From contig OY762007.1 in NCBI GenBank assembly GCA_963665115.1, forward strand, positions 32,001-96,000: a DNA stretch of 64,000 nucleotides. The letters are read 5' to 3'. Each line of letters opens with the position of its first letter. Within the stretch, counting starts at the first letter, position 1. Origin of the DNA: an uncultured Rivularia sp. Lineage in GTDB: Bacteria; Cyanobacteriota; Cyanobacteriia; Cyanobacteriales; Nostocaceae. This document shows positions 31,844 through 41,211 of the stretch, piece after piece. The position numbers were made by a program, and so were the translations under genes. The notes beneath the pieces were generated by a model that did not search any database, was not told where the DNA came from, and saw nothing but the letters and a program-made list of their open reading frames with translations.

Positions 31844-32476
31844 ATGAATCAAGTCCAATCTATTCGCATTCTCGTAGCTGAAGATCACGAAATTGTTCGT
31901 GACGGTATCTGTGCTATTGTCAATCAGCAACCAGATATCACCGTTGTTGCAGAAGCGGAAGATGGCGAACAAGCAGTGCAACTATACCGAGAATCGCAAC
32001 CGGATGTGGTATTAATGGACTTGAGAATGCCAAAAATGGAAGGGATAGAGGCGATCGCCCAAATTAAATCGGAATTCTCTGAGGCAAAGATTGTTATTCT
32101 TACTACCTACGACACAGATGAGGATATCTATCGAGGATTACAAGCAGGAGCAAAAGGTTATTTACTCAAAGATACCTCTTCAGAAGAATTAGCTACTGCT
32201 ATTCGTACCGTTTATCAAGGAAAAAAATACGTTCCTCAGCAGGTGGCAATAAAATTAGCTGAACGTATTACAAATCCCGAACTTACCAGCAGAGAAACAG
32301 AAGTTTTAAAGTTATTAACCAAAGGTAAAAGCAATCAAGAAATTGGCTCTATGCTCAAAATTACCGAGGGAACAGTTAAATTTCACGTCAACAACATTTT
32401 CAACAAATTAGGCGTTAGCGACCGCACTCAAGCTGTGATTACGGCATTTAAGCGAGGTTTGAGTCGATTGGAGTAG
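31844..32476 (+). CDS. NarL/LuxR family response regulator
   Basis: AEDH, LMDLRMP, GYLLK; LTSRETEVL..TVKFHVNNIFNKL. Confidence 0.95.
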   Translation: MNQVQSIRILVAEDHEIVRDGICAIVNQQPDITVVAEAEDGEQAVQLYRESQPDVVLMDLRMPKMEGIEAIAQIKSEFSEAKIVILTTYDTDEDIYRGLQAGAKGYLLKDTSSEELATAIRTVYQGKKYVPQQVAIKLAERITNPELTSRETEVLKLLTKGKSNQEIGSMLKITEGTVKFHVNNIFNKLGVSDRTQAVITAFKRGLSRLE

Positions 32477-32649
32477 GGAGCAAGGAGTAGGGAGTAGGGA
32501 GTAGGGAGTAGTAAGTAGTGAGTAGTAAGTAGTGAGTAGTAAGTAGCGAGTAAGGAGTAAGGAGTAGGGAGTAGTAAGTAGTGAGTAGCGAGTAAGGAGT
32601 AAGGAGTAAGGAGTAGTAAGTAGGGAGTAGTAAGTAGTGAGTAGCGAGT
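32471..32649. repeat. STRR heptamer array (purine-rich left arm)
   Basis: GGGAGTA/AGGAGTA/GTAAGTA/GTGAGTA units. Confidence 0.9.
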
Positions 32650-32695
32650 TTAGTGACTGTGAGTTATAAAAAAGAATAAATAATAATATAAAATC

Positions 32696-33064
32696 ATGAT
32701 GAATAATGATATTAGCATTCAGCAAAGAACGAAAATTTTTGCGATTAGAGTCATAAGCGCTTATATAGAATTAAACAAAAAACCTTTCGATGATGCTGGT
32801 AAAGTGTTATCAAAGCAATTTTTACGTTGTGGTACTAGTATAGGTGCAAACTGTGCGGAGGCAAAGTTTGCACAATCGAGAGTTGACTTTTTATCAAAAT
32901 ATTCAATCGCTTTAAAAGAAGCTTCCGAATGTAAATATTGGATTGAAATAATGATTGAATCTAATATCGTATCAGAAAGTAAATTTAAAGATATGTTGCC
33001 TGAACTTCAAATAATAATTAAAATACTCATTTCTACTACTAAAAAACTAAAAGCAAACAAATAA
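32696..33064 (+). CDS. Four helix bundle protein (23S rRNA IVP / bAvd-like fold)
   Basis: KQFLRCGTSIGANCAEA..QSRVDFLSKYSIALKEASECKYW signature. Confidence 0.88.
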   Translation: MMNNDISIQQRTKIFAIRVISAYIELNKKPFDDAGKVLSKQFLRCGTSIGANCAEAKFAQSRVDFLSKYSIALKEASECKYWIEIMIESNIVSESKFKDMLPELQIIIKILISTTKKLKANK

Positions 33065-33073
33065 ATTTTATTC

Positions 33074-33208
33074 ACTACTCCCTACTTTTTACTTCCTACT
33101 CCCTACTCCCTACTTTCTACTCCCTACTTTTTACTTCCTACTCCCTACTCCCTACTCCCTACTCCCTACTTTTTACTTCCTACTCCCTACTCCCTACTCC
33201 CTACTCCC
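33074..33208. repeat. STRR heptamer array (pyrimidine-rich right arm, inverse of the left arm)
   Basis: TACTCCC/TACTTCC/TACTTTT units. Confidence 0.9.
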
Positions 33209-33285
33209 TCCATAACTTTAGACTAGGTTTATTACTAGACTTTATTAACGGTTAAAGTCTCATCTTTTCATAGGCGAATATCTTC

Positions 33286-34188
33286 ATGCTTTTCTCTAGC
33301 ATAATCTTAGTTATAGTTAGGGTGATGCTGGTGTGCGATTTGGAAAATTTGAGCAGTACTGTTTACCGATTTGATGGCTTTAGTTTTTACAGTTCTTCAG
33401 AGCAATCTAATTACTGGCTTGAACACGGCCATGAGGAGATACAGATTACGCTACCGCAAGCTAATGCTCAAGCTTGGATGGCTTGTCAATCTTCTACTGG
33501 GAAACAATGCATTAGAGAAATAAAAGCAGGTGAAAGTTTTTTAATTTCATCGAACCAATCCCATACCCTTGATTGGCAACAAACGGCAGAATTAACTCTT
33601 TTTTATCTTCATCCTCGTTTTTTAGCCAATGCAATAGATGATTCAATAGATAATCATCATTTAGAAATTAACGACCGCTTTTCATTAGTAGATGATACTT
33701 TAATTCGAGAAATAGGTGTAATTTTTCGTTATTTATGTCGTTTTGATGTCGCTACGGAAAGACTTTACATTGAAAATTTGGCAAATCTATTAGCAGTTTA
33801 TTTACTCAAAAATTACTTAAATTATAATTTAAAACTTCCTCCTAATACAAAAGGACTATCTCAAAGCCAAATAAATCCCGTTTTAGAATATATTGAAGCC
33901 AATCTCGATCAAAAAATAACTCTATCGGATTTAGCTGCTATTGCTGGTGTAGGAAAATTTTATTTCAGTCGTTTATTTAAGAATTCTTTAAATTTAACTC
34001 CCTATCGCTATGTTCTACAACAAAGAATAGAAAAAGCTAAAAGGCTATTAAAATATTCAAATATACCTATCTGTGACATTTCTTTAGAATGTGGTTTCAG
34101 CAATCAAAGCCATCTTGCCAAACATTTTCGCGTTATGGTGGGAATCAGCGCCATGAACTATCGTAAAAGTGCTACGAAATGTCTTTAA
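33286..34188 (+). CDS. AraC family transcriptional regulator
   Basis: LSDLAAIAG..YFSRLFK..ISLECGFSNQSHLAKHFR. Confidence 0.92.
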   Translation: MLFSSIILVIVRVMLVCDLENLSSTVYRFDGFSFYSSSEQSNYWLEHGHEEIQITLPQANAQAWMACQSSTGKQCIREIKAGESFLISSNQSHTLDWQQTAELTLFYLHPRFLANAIDDSIDNHHLEINDRFSLVDDTLIREIGVIFRYLCRFDVATERLYIENLANLLAVYLLKNYLNYNLKLPPNTKGLSQSQINPVLEYIEANLDQKITLSDLAAIAGVGKFYFSRLFKNSLNLTPYRYVLQQRIEKAKRLLKYSNIPICDISLECGFSNQSHLAKHFRVMVGISAMNYRKSATKCL

Positions 34189-34264
34189 ATTGATAGTTTA
34201 GATAAATAAATTATTAAAAGAAACTAAATCTACACCATATTTTATAATTGCATCTCTATTATCA

Positions 34265-34609
34265 CCTTGAGTAATATTAGTCATTCGCTTTGTGATGTCG
34301 CTATACCAAAGTTGTAGGAAAATCTTACCCTTTTTTTCCCTCACAGTTTCGGTAATAGCTCTCCACGATTGCACTTGTTGATGAGTGTAAATTCCTGGAT
34401 AGTTCGGTAATGTCTCATCAGCAGTAACTAAGGTTGGTTTCGGTAATAATCAACCCGCAAGAAGCCTTACGGGCGTAATAATCTAGCGCTTGTGGTTGTG
34501 ATAAATTGTTGTCCGCTAACAGTTGTGGCTTTGATGCTATGACTATTCGATTGGGTAAAGTATAAGCTCCAAGTCGAACTGGTGAGGTTAAACAAGCAGA
34601 AGGTTTCAT
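34265..34609 (-). pseudogene. Old yellow enzyme (alkene reductase) N-terminal remnant
   Basis: SPVRLGAYTLPNRIVIA..YYARKASCGLIITE, then a stop; further degenerate remnant downstream (lower boundary approximate). Confidence 0.7.
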
Positions 34610-34747
34610 TCAGAGATTTTCTGGCAAAGATAACTCAATCGCAATTTTTGAATTGTTGAGCTAATTCTAATCAAAACCAAAATTCCTGTCTTGTCTCTTA
34701 TTGACTTAATTATTCTAATCTTGCTTTTTTCTTATTTTTATCAACTC

Positions 34748-35365
34748 CTAAGCGGGTGAATTGTTCTGCAAAGTGATAATTTTCTCTTGACGAGCGATCG
34801 CACCTTCAGCTTCTAGCTTAATCAATGCTCTGGATAAGGTTTCTGGAGTAAAACCGATATCGCTGGCAATATCTCTAAGGGGGCGATCTAAAACGATAGT
34901 TGTTTCTTGAGGGAAGTTTACCAAGTTACGCAAATAACGCAATACTCTTTCGTGAGCGATACGAATATCTCTAAGTTCAAGACGAAATTTCATCGACTGA
35001 ATTTTTTTGACCAACATTGCCATAAAATCCAATGCTATATCGGGATATGCTCGCAAAACGCTTAAAAGCTGCTCTTTGGGATAAGCAATTACTTCAGAGT
35101 CAATTTCGGCGATCGCCGTACAAGGATAAATATCTGCAAACAGAGCAATTTCTGCAATGCTTTCCGATCTTCTGACTATCTCAAAAGTACTTACTTGTCC
35201 TTGTTCGAGAAACCGAACTAGCTTGATTCTACCCGATCTGACTACATAAAAATTTGAAGCTTCATCTTCCTGTGCGAACAAGGTTTCTCCCGCAGCTAAA
35301 TTTTGAATTGTCAGATTATTCCGCAATGTTTCGGGAAGGCTATCAATAGCAGTCAAATCCATCAA
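34748..35365 (-). CDS. Crp/Fnr family transcriptional regulator
   Basis: GETLF..FYVVRSGRIK cNMP fold; IASDIGFTPETLSRAL HTH. Confidence 0.9.
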   Translation of the reverse strand: MMDLTAIDSLPETLRNNLTIQNLAAGETLFAQEDEASNFYVVRSGRIKLVRFLEQGQVSTFEIVRRSESIAEIALFADIYPCTAIAEIDSEVIAYPKEQLLSVLRAYPDIALDFMAMLVKKIQSMKFRLELRDIRIAHERVLRYLRNLVNFPQETTIVLDRPLRDIASDIGFTPETLSRALIKLEAEGAIARQEKIITLQNNSPA

Positions 35366-35401
35366 ATTTCCTCCTAATAGTTGGTAATCCAGCCTCTAAT
35401 A

Positions 35402-35422
35402 TATTTAGTCGGCTAAGTAAAT
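35402..35422. promoter_or_regulatory. Putative MarR operator upstream of the Crp gene
   Basis: TATTTAGTCGGCTAAGTAAAT, 20/21 match to the reverse complement of 36222-36242. Confidence 0.6.
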
Positions 35423-35467
35423 AAGCAAAAAAAGCTTTTCGTAAAGGGGTAATTTAATTTTTTACAC

Positions 35468-35706
35468 TACTAGTTGATTGCATAAATTCTGATGGGTGTA
35501 TAGAAAAAATAAAAGATTATTCTACCCCCTCTACCCTCTCTTCCCCCTCTTCCCCCTCCCCATCTTTACCCGTCAGAACAAATGAAAAGGACTACTACTA
35601 GTAGTTGATTGCATAAATTCTGAATGGTTCGTTTTTTCCGTAACCTTCGGGAGACGTTATGTATAACGTCTCTACAACCCATCGGAACTAATGAAAAGGA
35701 CTACTA
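35468..35706. mobile_element. Two adjacent MITE family B copies (variant 2 then variant 1)
   Basis: Match 21001-21130 and 20770-20877. Confidence 0.8.
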
Positions 35707-35767
35707 CGTTTCAATGGATCGAATCTTGAACCAAGAGTTTTGAACTATGGCAATTCCCTATTTCCTT

Positions 35768-36217
35768 TTAATAAGATTTTTTGACAGACTCTAAATTATT
35801 GTAAATTTGCATTAGCAAACGGCGAAACAGCAATCTTTCTTCTAAGGAAAAGTTGGCAAGTATTGTTTCTTCCAAATCAAGCCATAAATCGGTAACAGGC
35901 TGTTGTAAGGAATATCCCTTCTCAGTTAAAAAGATGCGGCAAATCCTAGCATCTTCTATATCTTTACATTTTTCTACCAGTTCTGTCTTCTCCAATCTAC
36001 TCAGCATTTTAGTTAAAGTTGGCGGTTCAATACACAGACGCTCTGCTAGTTCGGTTTGGGTTAAACCGTTTTGATGCCATAATTCCATCAGCAATCGTTC
36101 CTGTCCGATGTGCAGGTTCATTCCTGTTAAAGCAGCACTAACTAAACCTCGTTGCGCTTTGGCAATTCGCACCATGAGGTAGGTAGTGGTTTGGAGTGGG
36201 TTTTGATTAGACATCAA
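35768..36217 (-). CDS. MarR family transcriptional regulator
   Basis: GLTQTELAERLCIEPPTLTKMLSRLEK..DARICRIFLTEKG. Confidence 0.92.
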   Translation of the reverse strand: MMSNQNPLQTTTYLMVRIAKAQRGLVSAALTGMNLHIGQERLLMELWHQNGLTQTELAERLCIEPPTLTKMLSRLEKTELVEKCKDIEDARICRIFLTEKGYSLQQPVTDLWLDLEETILANFSLEERLLFRRLLMQIYNNLESVKKSY

Positions 36218-36221
36218 ATTT

Positions 36222-36242
36222 ATTTGCTTAGCCGACTAAATA
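36222..36242. promoter_or_regulatory. Putative MarR autoregulatory operator
   Basis: TTAG-CCGA-CTAA palindrome just before the marR start. Confidence 0.6.
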
Positions 36243-36484
36243 AATAATACCACTATTGGATAGATTTGGAAGAGGTAGGGAAAGCCGAATAGGGAGAGTA
36301 GTAAGTAGTAAGTAGTAAGTAGTAAGTAGTAAGTAGTGAGTTATGAGGGATAACACATTTGTAGTGGGAGCGAGACGCTGCCTCGTGGCACCCAGCGAGC
36401 AAGATGCTCGCACTACGATTTTCTTTCTAATTATGAGTTGCAAATTATACTTGATGTTAAAAATAATGTGGTGGAATACTACTA

Positions 36485-36595
36485 CTAGTACAGTACGGCG
36501 TAAATAAAGCACCCATTTAAAAAGTTTGAAAGCCTTATCATATAATACTTTTTACTCCTTACTTTTGACTTTTTACTTCCGCGCAGCGGTACTAG
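36485..36595. mobile_element. MITE family A copy 3
   Basis: Near-identical to 26607-26717, CTAG-flanked. Confidence 0.88.
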
Positions 36596-36695
36596 TCTGT
36601 CCCATAAAATATGATAGGTTTTCTCGCACACTCGCCTGGGGCTAGCAACTGTTCGCTAATAACTACCTAAATACGAACAAAGCACTACCTACTCA

Positions 36696-38504
36696 TTACT
36701 CATTATTCGCTACTGTGACAATAATTTCAGTTCCTTGCCCGATTGCGCTGTTAATAACTAAATTTCCTTTTAGCCGATCGCATCTTTCGCGCATTCCTAT
36801 CAAACCAAAACCTTCACCGAGTAGTAGTTGAGGATTGAAGCCCTTTCCGTTGTCTTTTATCTGGAGGTGAACTGTATCGTTTTCATGTATTAACTGGAGA
36901 AAGATTTCTGAAGCTTGGGCGTGTTGTAGGGTATTAGCAATAGCTTCTTGGGTGATGCGGAATAAATCGACTTCTACTTCTGGGTTTAAAAATTGTGGTT
37001 CACCGCCAATCAAAATCTCTGTTTTAATATCTGTACCTGAAACCATTTTATCTATTAATTGATGTAAGGCAGTACTTAAACTACCTGATTCTAAAGCTTC
37101 TGGGCGTAGGGCGCGAACGGAACGCCTAGCTCCGGAAAGACCTTCTTGAGCCAGATTCCTAGCGCGTAACAAGCGTTCTTGAGCGGCTTCGGGTTGAGTA
37201 GATAAGATGTTTCTGGCAGCTTCGAGTTGTAAAGAGATACCTGTAAAAGCTTGTGCTAAAGTATCGTGAATTTCTCGCGCCATGCGGTTGCGTTCGTTGA
37301 GTATAGCTAGTTCGGCTCGTTCTTTTTCTTGTTGAATTTGTGGGCGATAGATGGCGCTGCCGATACAGCTTGCTGCTATTTTAAATACGGCAATCTCCGC
37401 AGGAGTTAAACGTTTTGGCTCGCGGCAATAATCAATGCCTAATGTTCCCCAGTAAATATCGTTGACAAAAACTGGCACTGCATATGTAGATTTTACATTT
37501 AATTGTGCCATAGCATCTCTGAAAGGTTGATTGAGTTCTGACAAAAACCCACCAATCCAATCACCAGCTTTTAGTCTAACCACCCAATGTTCAACTCCTT
37601 CGGTTGAAACTTGATGAAGTTTTGGATGCAAAATTTGAGAGCTAGCGTATGGAGAATCCCACTCGTAAATTAAGCGCACGAATCCCGCAGATTCAGCCGT
37701 ATCACCTTCAAAATTCTGCATCACACCAACGCGATCGCAATCCAAGCCTTCTCCTAACATCTTGAGGGCAGCGTTCATTCCTTCATCTAAATCGGCAATT
37801 TCTAATAGCTGATTAGCTGCATTAGCGGTTGCTTCTAACCATCTATCTCGTAGCGATAATACTTGGTTACTTTCTGCTAATTGTGCAGCTTTTTCTATAG
37901 CTGCTTGTTCTTTAGCTTTGCGGTTACGTTCTCTTTGAATCGCACTACCAATACAGGTAGCAGCAGTTTTCAATACGGCTATTTGTGCATCGCATAATTG
38001 CCGTGCAGTTTGGCAAAAATCTAAACCAATAATTCCCCAATACTGCCCTTCAACCATGATGGGGATAGCGTAAGTAGCTTTTACACCTAATTTTTCTTGC
38101 CCGCTACGAAACGGTTCGGGCATTGTTTTTAACAAACCACCCCAATGCTTGCCTAAGTTAACCGCATGATAGCAATCTTCTAACCCATCATAAGAAATAC
38201 GACTTAATTCGGGATGATGAAGTTGAGAAGTAGCATTATAAGAAAGCCATTCATATTGTACGACTACATAACCAATTTCATTAATACAATCGCTAAAATG
38301 CTCGCTTAGAGCCAATCTATCCACACCTGCACTTTTTCCTAATATTGCTAGCGCTCGATTTATACCTCTTTCAAAATCTTCATCTGAAAGTAAAGCACTA
38401 GCACAATCTGCTGCTGCTTGTAGTAGACTATTTATTCGGTAGTTCGCCAATGATTTTTTGTCGCTATTTGAGGTTGAAGTGTAATTTTTATTAGTTTGAC
38501 TCAT
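36696..38504 (-). CDS. GAF-GAF sensor histidine kinase (HisKA_3)
   Basis: ERNRMAREIHDTLAQ, EAIAN, IKDNGKGF, GFGLIGMRER; plausible partner of the NarL regulator at 31844. Confidence 0.92.
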   Translation of the reverse strand: MSQTNKNYTSTSNSDKKSLANYRINSLLQAAADCASALLSDEDFERGINRALAILGKSAGVDRLALSEHFSDCINEIGYVVVQYEWLSYNATSQLHHPELSRISYDGLEDCYHAVNLGKHWGGLLKTMPEPFRSGQEKLGVKATYAIPIMVEGQYWGIIGLDFCQTARQLCDAQIAVLKTAATCIGSAIQRERNRKAKEQAAIEKAAQLAESNQVLSLRDRWLEATANAANQLLEIADLDEGMNAALKMLGEGLDCDRVGVMQNFEGDTAESAGFVRLIYEWDSPYASSQILHPKLHQVSTEGVEHWVVRLKAGDWIGGFLSELNQPFRDAMAQLNVKSTYAVPVFVNDIYWGTLGIDYCREPKRLTPAEIAVFKIAASCIGSAIYRPQIQQEKERAELAILNERNRMAREIHDTLAQAFTGISLQLEAARNILSTQPEAAQERLLRARNLAQEGLSGARRSVRALRPEALESGSLSTALHQLIDKMVSGTDIKTEILIGGEPQFLNPEVEVDLFRITQEAIANTLQHAQASEIFLQLIHENDTVHLQIKDNGKGFNPQLLLGEGFGLIGMRERCDRLKGNLVINSAIGQGTEIIVTVANNE

Positions 38505-38773
38505 CTTCTAACCCGAACAACTAAAAATTTAATAGCTTGCTGCAATGGTTCTATTGTACAATTCAAACTTGCTTTATTTGTATTGTTACAAGTCTACCAG
38601 AAAAACTGGGCAAATTTTAATTTCTATTTCAGGGTACAAGAAACAGCAGAAACTGAAGCTGCTTCCACAAAAACTTGATTTGTTTAGTAACCATCATCTA
38701 CAGTAATTTTTATTTTTTAGATATCTTGTTTTCTATTAGCTTGAACGGCTTTAGATTTACTAAAAATAAACCA

Positions 38774-38923
38774 TCACAACTCCAAAATTTTGTTTTCTGA
38801 TTGTCGAGATTGAACGTTAACTATTTTTGCTTTTGTATCAGCATCAACTCTTTTAATAGCTTTAGTTACAGTATTTACACAATCCGAAAAAGCAATACCT
38901 GAAACTTTTAATTGGATATCCAT
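38774..38923 (-). pseudogene. Degenerate CopZ/HMA metal chaperone
   Basis: MDIQLKVSGIAFSDCVNTVTKAIKRVD; first Cys of CxxC replaced by Phe; short. Confidence 0.65.
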
Positions 38924-38969
38924 AGTCTGGCGTTGAAATCAAGTACAAATAATTTACTTCATTGAAAGT

Positions 38970-39001
38970 ATGTTAAACCCTCTAGTAGGCTAGAGAGTCA
39001 A
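38970..39001 (-). promoter_or_regulatory. MerR-family type promoter/operator
   Basis: Minus strand TTGACT-20 bp-TAACAT with CTCTAG-CCTA-CTAGAG dyad in the spacer. Confidence 0.7.
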
Positions 39002-39352
39002 GAGCTAAAACGCAAAGATATTATTTTATATTAAAAAGGCACAAGTTCAAGTAAGTTATAAACAGCTATATATTAAATCTTAAATTGGTAATCATATAAT
39101 AAAAGTATTCAAATTAAATAACATCTCTTTAGATTTAAAGCGATTTCATCTTGGGATGTTATTAAATCATTTGCCAATAAAAATGTAGTAGGAGCGTCTC
39201 GCTCCCTCTTACAACCAGCTAGCTTTCCGGCTCGCACCTCATAAATGAATATCTATTCAAATTTAGCTACAATGTTGATCGGTATCGCTATTTTTTGAAA
39301 TTTTCTAATTATAAGCGAAAAATAGCCTTTATTCGTCGTAAATGCCTTCTCC

Positions 39353-39751
39353 ATGACTAAATCACTAAAGCCAAAACAGGAACCATCAAATCTTGATTCA
39401 CCTAGTTGTGATTCTCGTGAAGTTCATCTAGATAATGTTCGTCAAGTACAGCCAGAAATTATATCCACTGAGAAAGCACAGCGGATGGGTGAATTTTTCG
39501 GAACTCTTGCAGATCCACACCGTTTGCGTCTGCTCTCTGCTTTAGCAAAACAGGAATTATGCGTTTGCGATTTAGCCGCATCTGTAAAGATGAGTGAATC
39601 GGCTGTTTCCCACCAATTGCGAATTCTGCGTAATATGCGTTTGGTTAAATACCGCAGGGAAGGACGCAATGTTTATTACAGTTTAAAAGATAGCCATGTC
39701 ACAAATATCTACCATGAAGTGGCTTCTCACATTGATGAACCAGAAATTTAA
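39353..39751 (+). CDS. ArsR/SmtB family metal-sensing repressor (ZiaR/AztR-like)
   Basis: ELCVCDLA..SESAVSHQLRILR..YYSLKDSHV. Confidence 0.93.
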   Translation: MTKSLKPKQEPSNLDSPSCDSREVHLDNVRQVQPEIISTEKAQRMGEFFGTLADPHRLRLLSALAKQELCVCDLAASVKMSESAVSHQLRILRNMRLVKYRREGRNVYYSLKDSHVTNIYHEVASHIDEPEI

Positions 39752-39792
39752 TTTGAATTAATCGTTATTTGTGCAGATTACTAAATTTGAGA

Positions 39793-39836
39793 CAATATAT
39801 GAATAATTGTTCAGGTATAGAAATATTCATATATTG
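39793..39836 (+). promoter_or_regulatory. SmtB-type operator
   Basis: TGAA-TAATTG-TTCA core plus 13-bp inverted repeat CAATATATGAATA/TATTCATATATTG before the ATPase gene. Confidence 0.7.
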
Positions 39837-39848
39837 AGGTAGTCAATA

Positions 39849-40654
39849 ATGGCATCACATTCTGGTTGTTGTGCTTCATATAACGAACGCGATGGGCATA
39901 ACCACGGGCAGAGTCATGGTGCAGAATTCAGCCTAAAGCGAGAAATTATACCTGTTGCAGTGTCGATGTTTTTGTTTGTGGTGGGTTTAGTATTTTATGA
40001 ACTTTTGCATATTACTCCTTTTTCTATCGGTGAGTATTTAATTTTTATCCCGGCTTATCTCCTGAGTGGTTGGAGCGTTTTGACTGCATCTGGACGGAAT
40101 ATTTTGCGGGGTAGAATATTTGACGAAAACTTCCTGATGACAATCGCGACATTGGGGGCGTTTCACCGTCAGGTGCGGCTCTCGCCATTCATCAGATTCC
40201 CGAAGCTGTAGCGGTGATGCTGTTTTTCCAAGTTGGGGAGTTGTTCCAAGATTTTTCGGTAAGTCGCTCTCGCAGAGCAATCGAAAGATATTTGAGTAAA
40301 GCTGGTAAAAATAAGAAAGTTGTATTTGTCGGTGATGGAATTAACGACGCACCCGTAATTGCTAGGGCTGATGTGGGAATGGCAATGGGAGCCTTGGGTT
40401 CGGATGCAGCAATTGAGACAGCCGATGTGGTGTTGATGACGGATGCTCCTTCTAAGGTAGCTGAAGCTATTCAAGTTGGTAAAAAAACACATAAAATTGT
40501 TTGGCAGAATATTACTTTAGCGATGGCAATTAAAGGTTTATTTATTATTTTGGGAATCATTGGGATTTCAAGTTTATGGTTGGCTGTGTTTGCAGATGTC
40601 GGTGTGGCGCTGTTGGCAATTTTGAATGCAGCTAGAGTTTTGAGAGTTAATTAA
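39849..40654 (+). pseudogene. Zn/Cd P1B-type ATPase pseudogene (frameshift insert + large internal deletion)
   Basis: FDENFLMTIATLGA..EAVAVMLFFQVGE..SRRAI joined directly to VFVGDGINDAP; TGES, CPC and DKTGT motifs absent. Confidence 0.9.
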
Positions 40655-41211
40655 AATGAGTGAAATCAAAGTTCGCGATCGGAAAAGGTAATTCCTAATA
40701 CTAAGACTGACAAGTTTATTCAAGCAACCAATGTGCCAGTGTACGTTCCTTTAAGCGGAAAAACAATGCAGTTTAACAAAGCAGGAAAATGCGTTGCTGG
40801 CTGTCAAGATTAGCAAATTGACGGAGAGTATAAGGCTTAATACTACTTTTTAATATTGGTTAAGCCTTTCTTTTTATAAATTTTAAGTAATGACATCATG
40901 CTTTTATTAATTCTTTTGCCGCTCTATGGAATTAAGAAGCGATGGTTGATTAAACAATCCGCGCAGGCGGGTTTTGCCTGTGTAGCCAAGCCATTGCGTT
41001 GGGCGGGTTCCCCGACTTGTAGCAAGTGGCGCGTGATTTCTAATCGCCAGGTATGAATAAAACTTCCTATTTTAATAATTTTCTCGCATCTTAATTCGGA
41101 TTGCTATATATCTAGGGCTTGCTCGATCAAATATCGAGTTTTTCAGCTTGACGATAGTTTATTGAAGCGATTTGGGAATACTAAATGCAGAAGTATTAAG
41201 GGTTTAGCGTC

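Noticed and set aside
31352..31981. 209-aa minus-strand ORF as one gene
   Set aside because: Chimera of the response-regulator antisense strand, intergenic DNA, the hydrolase N-terminus and the MITE.
32696..33064. Four-helix-bundle gene as the avd of a DGR
   Set aside because: No adjacent reverse transcriptase or template repeat.
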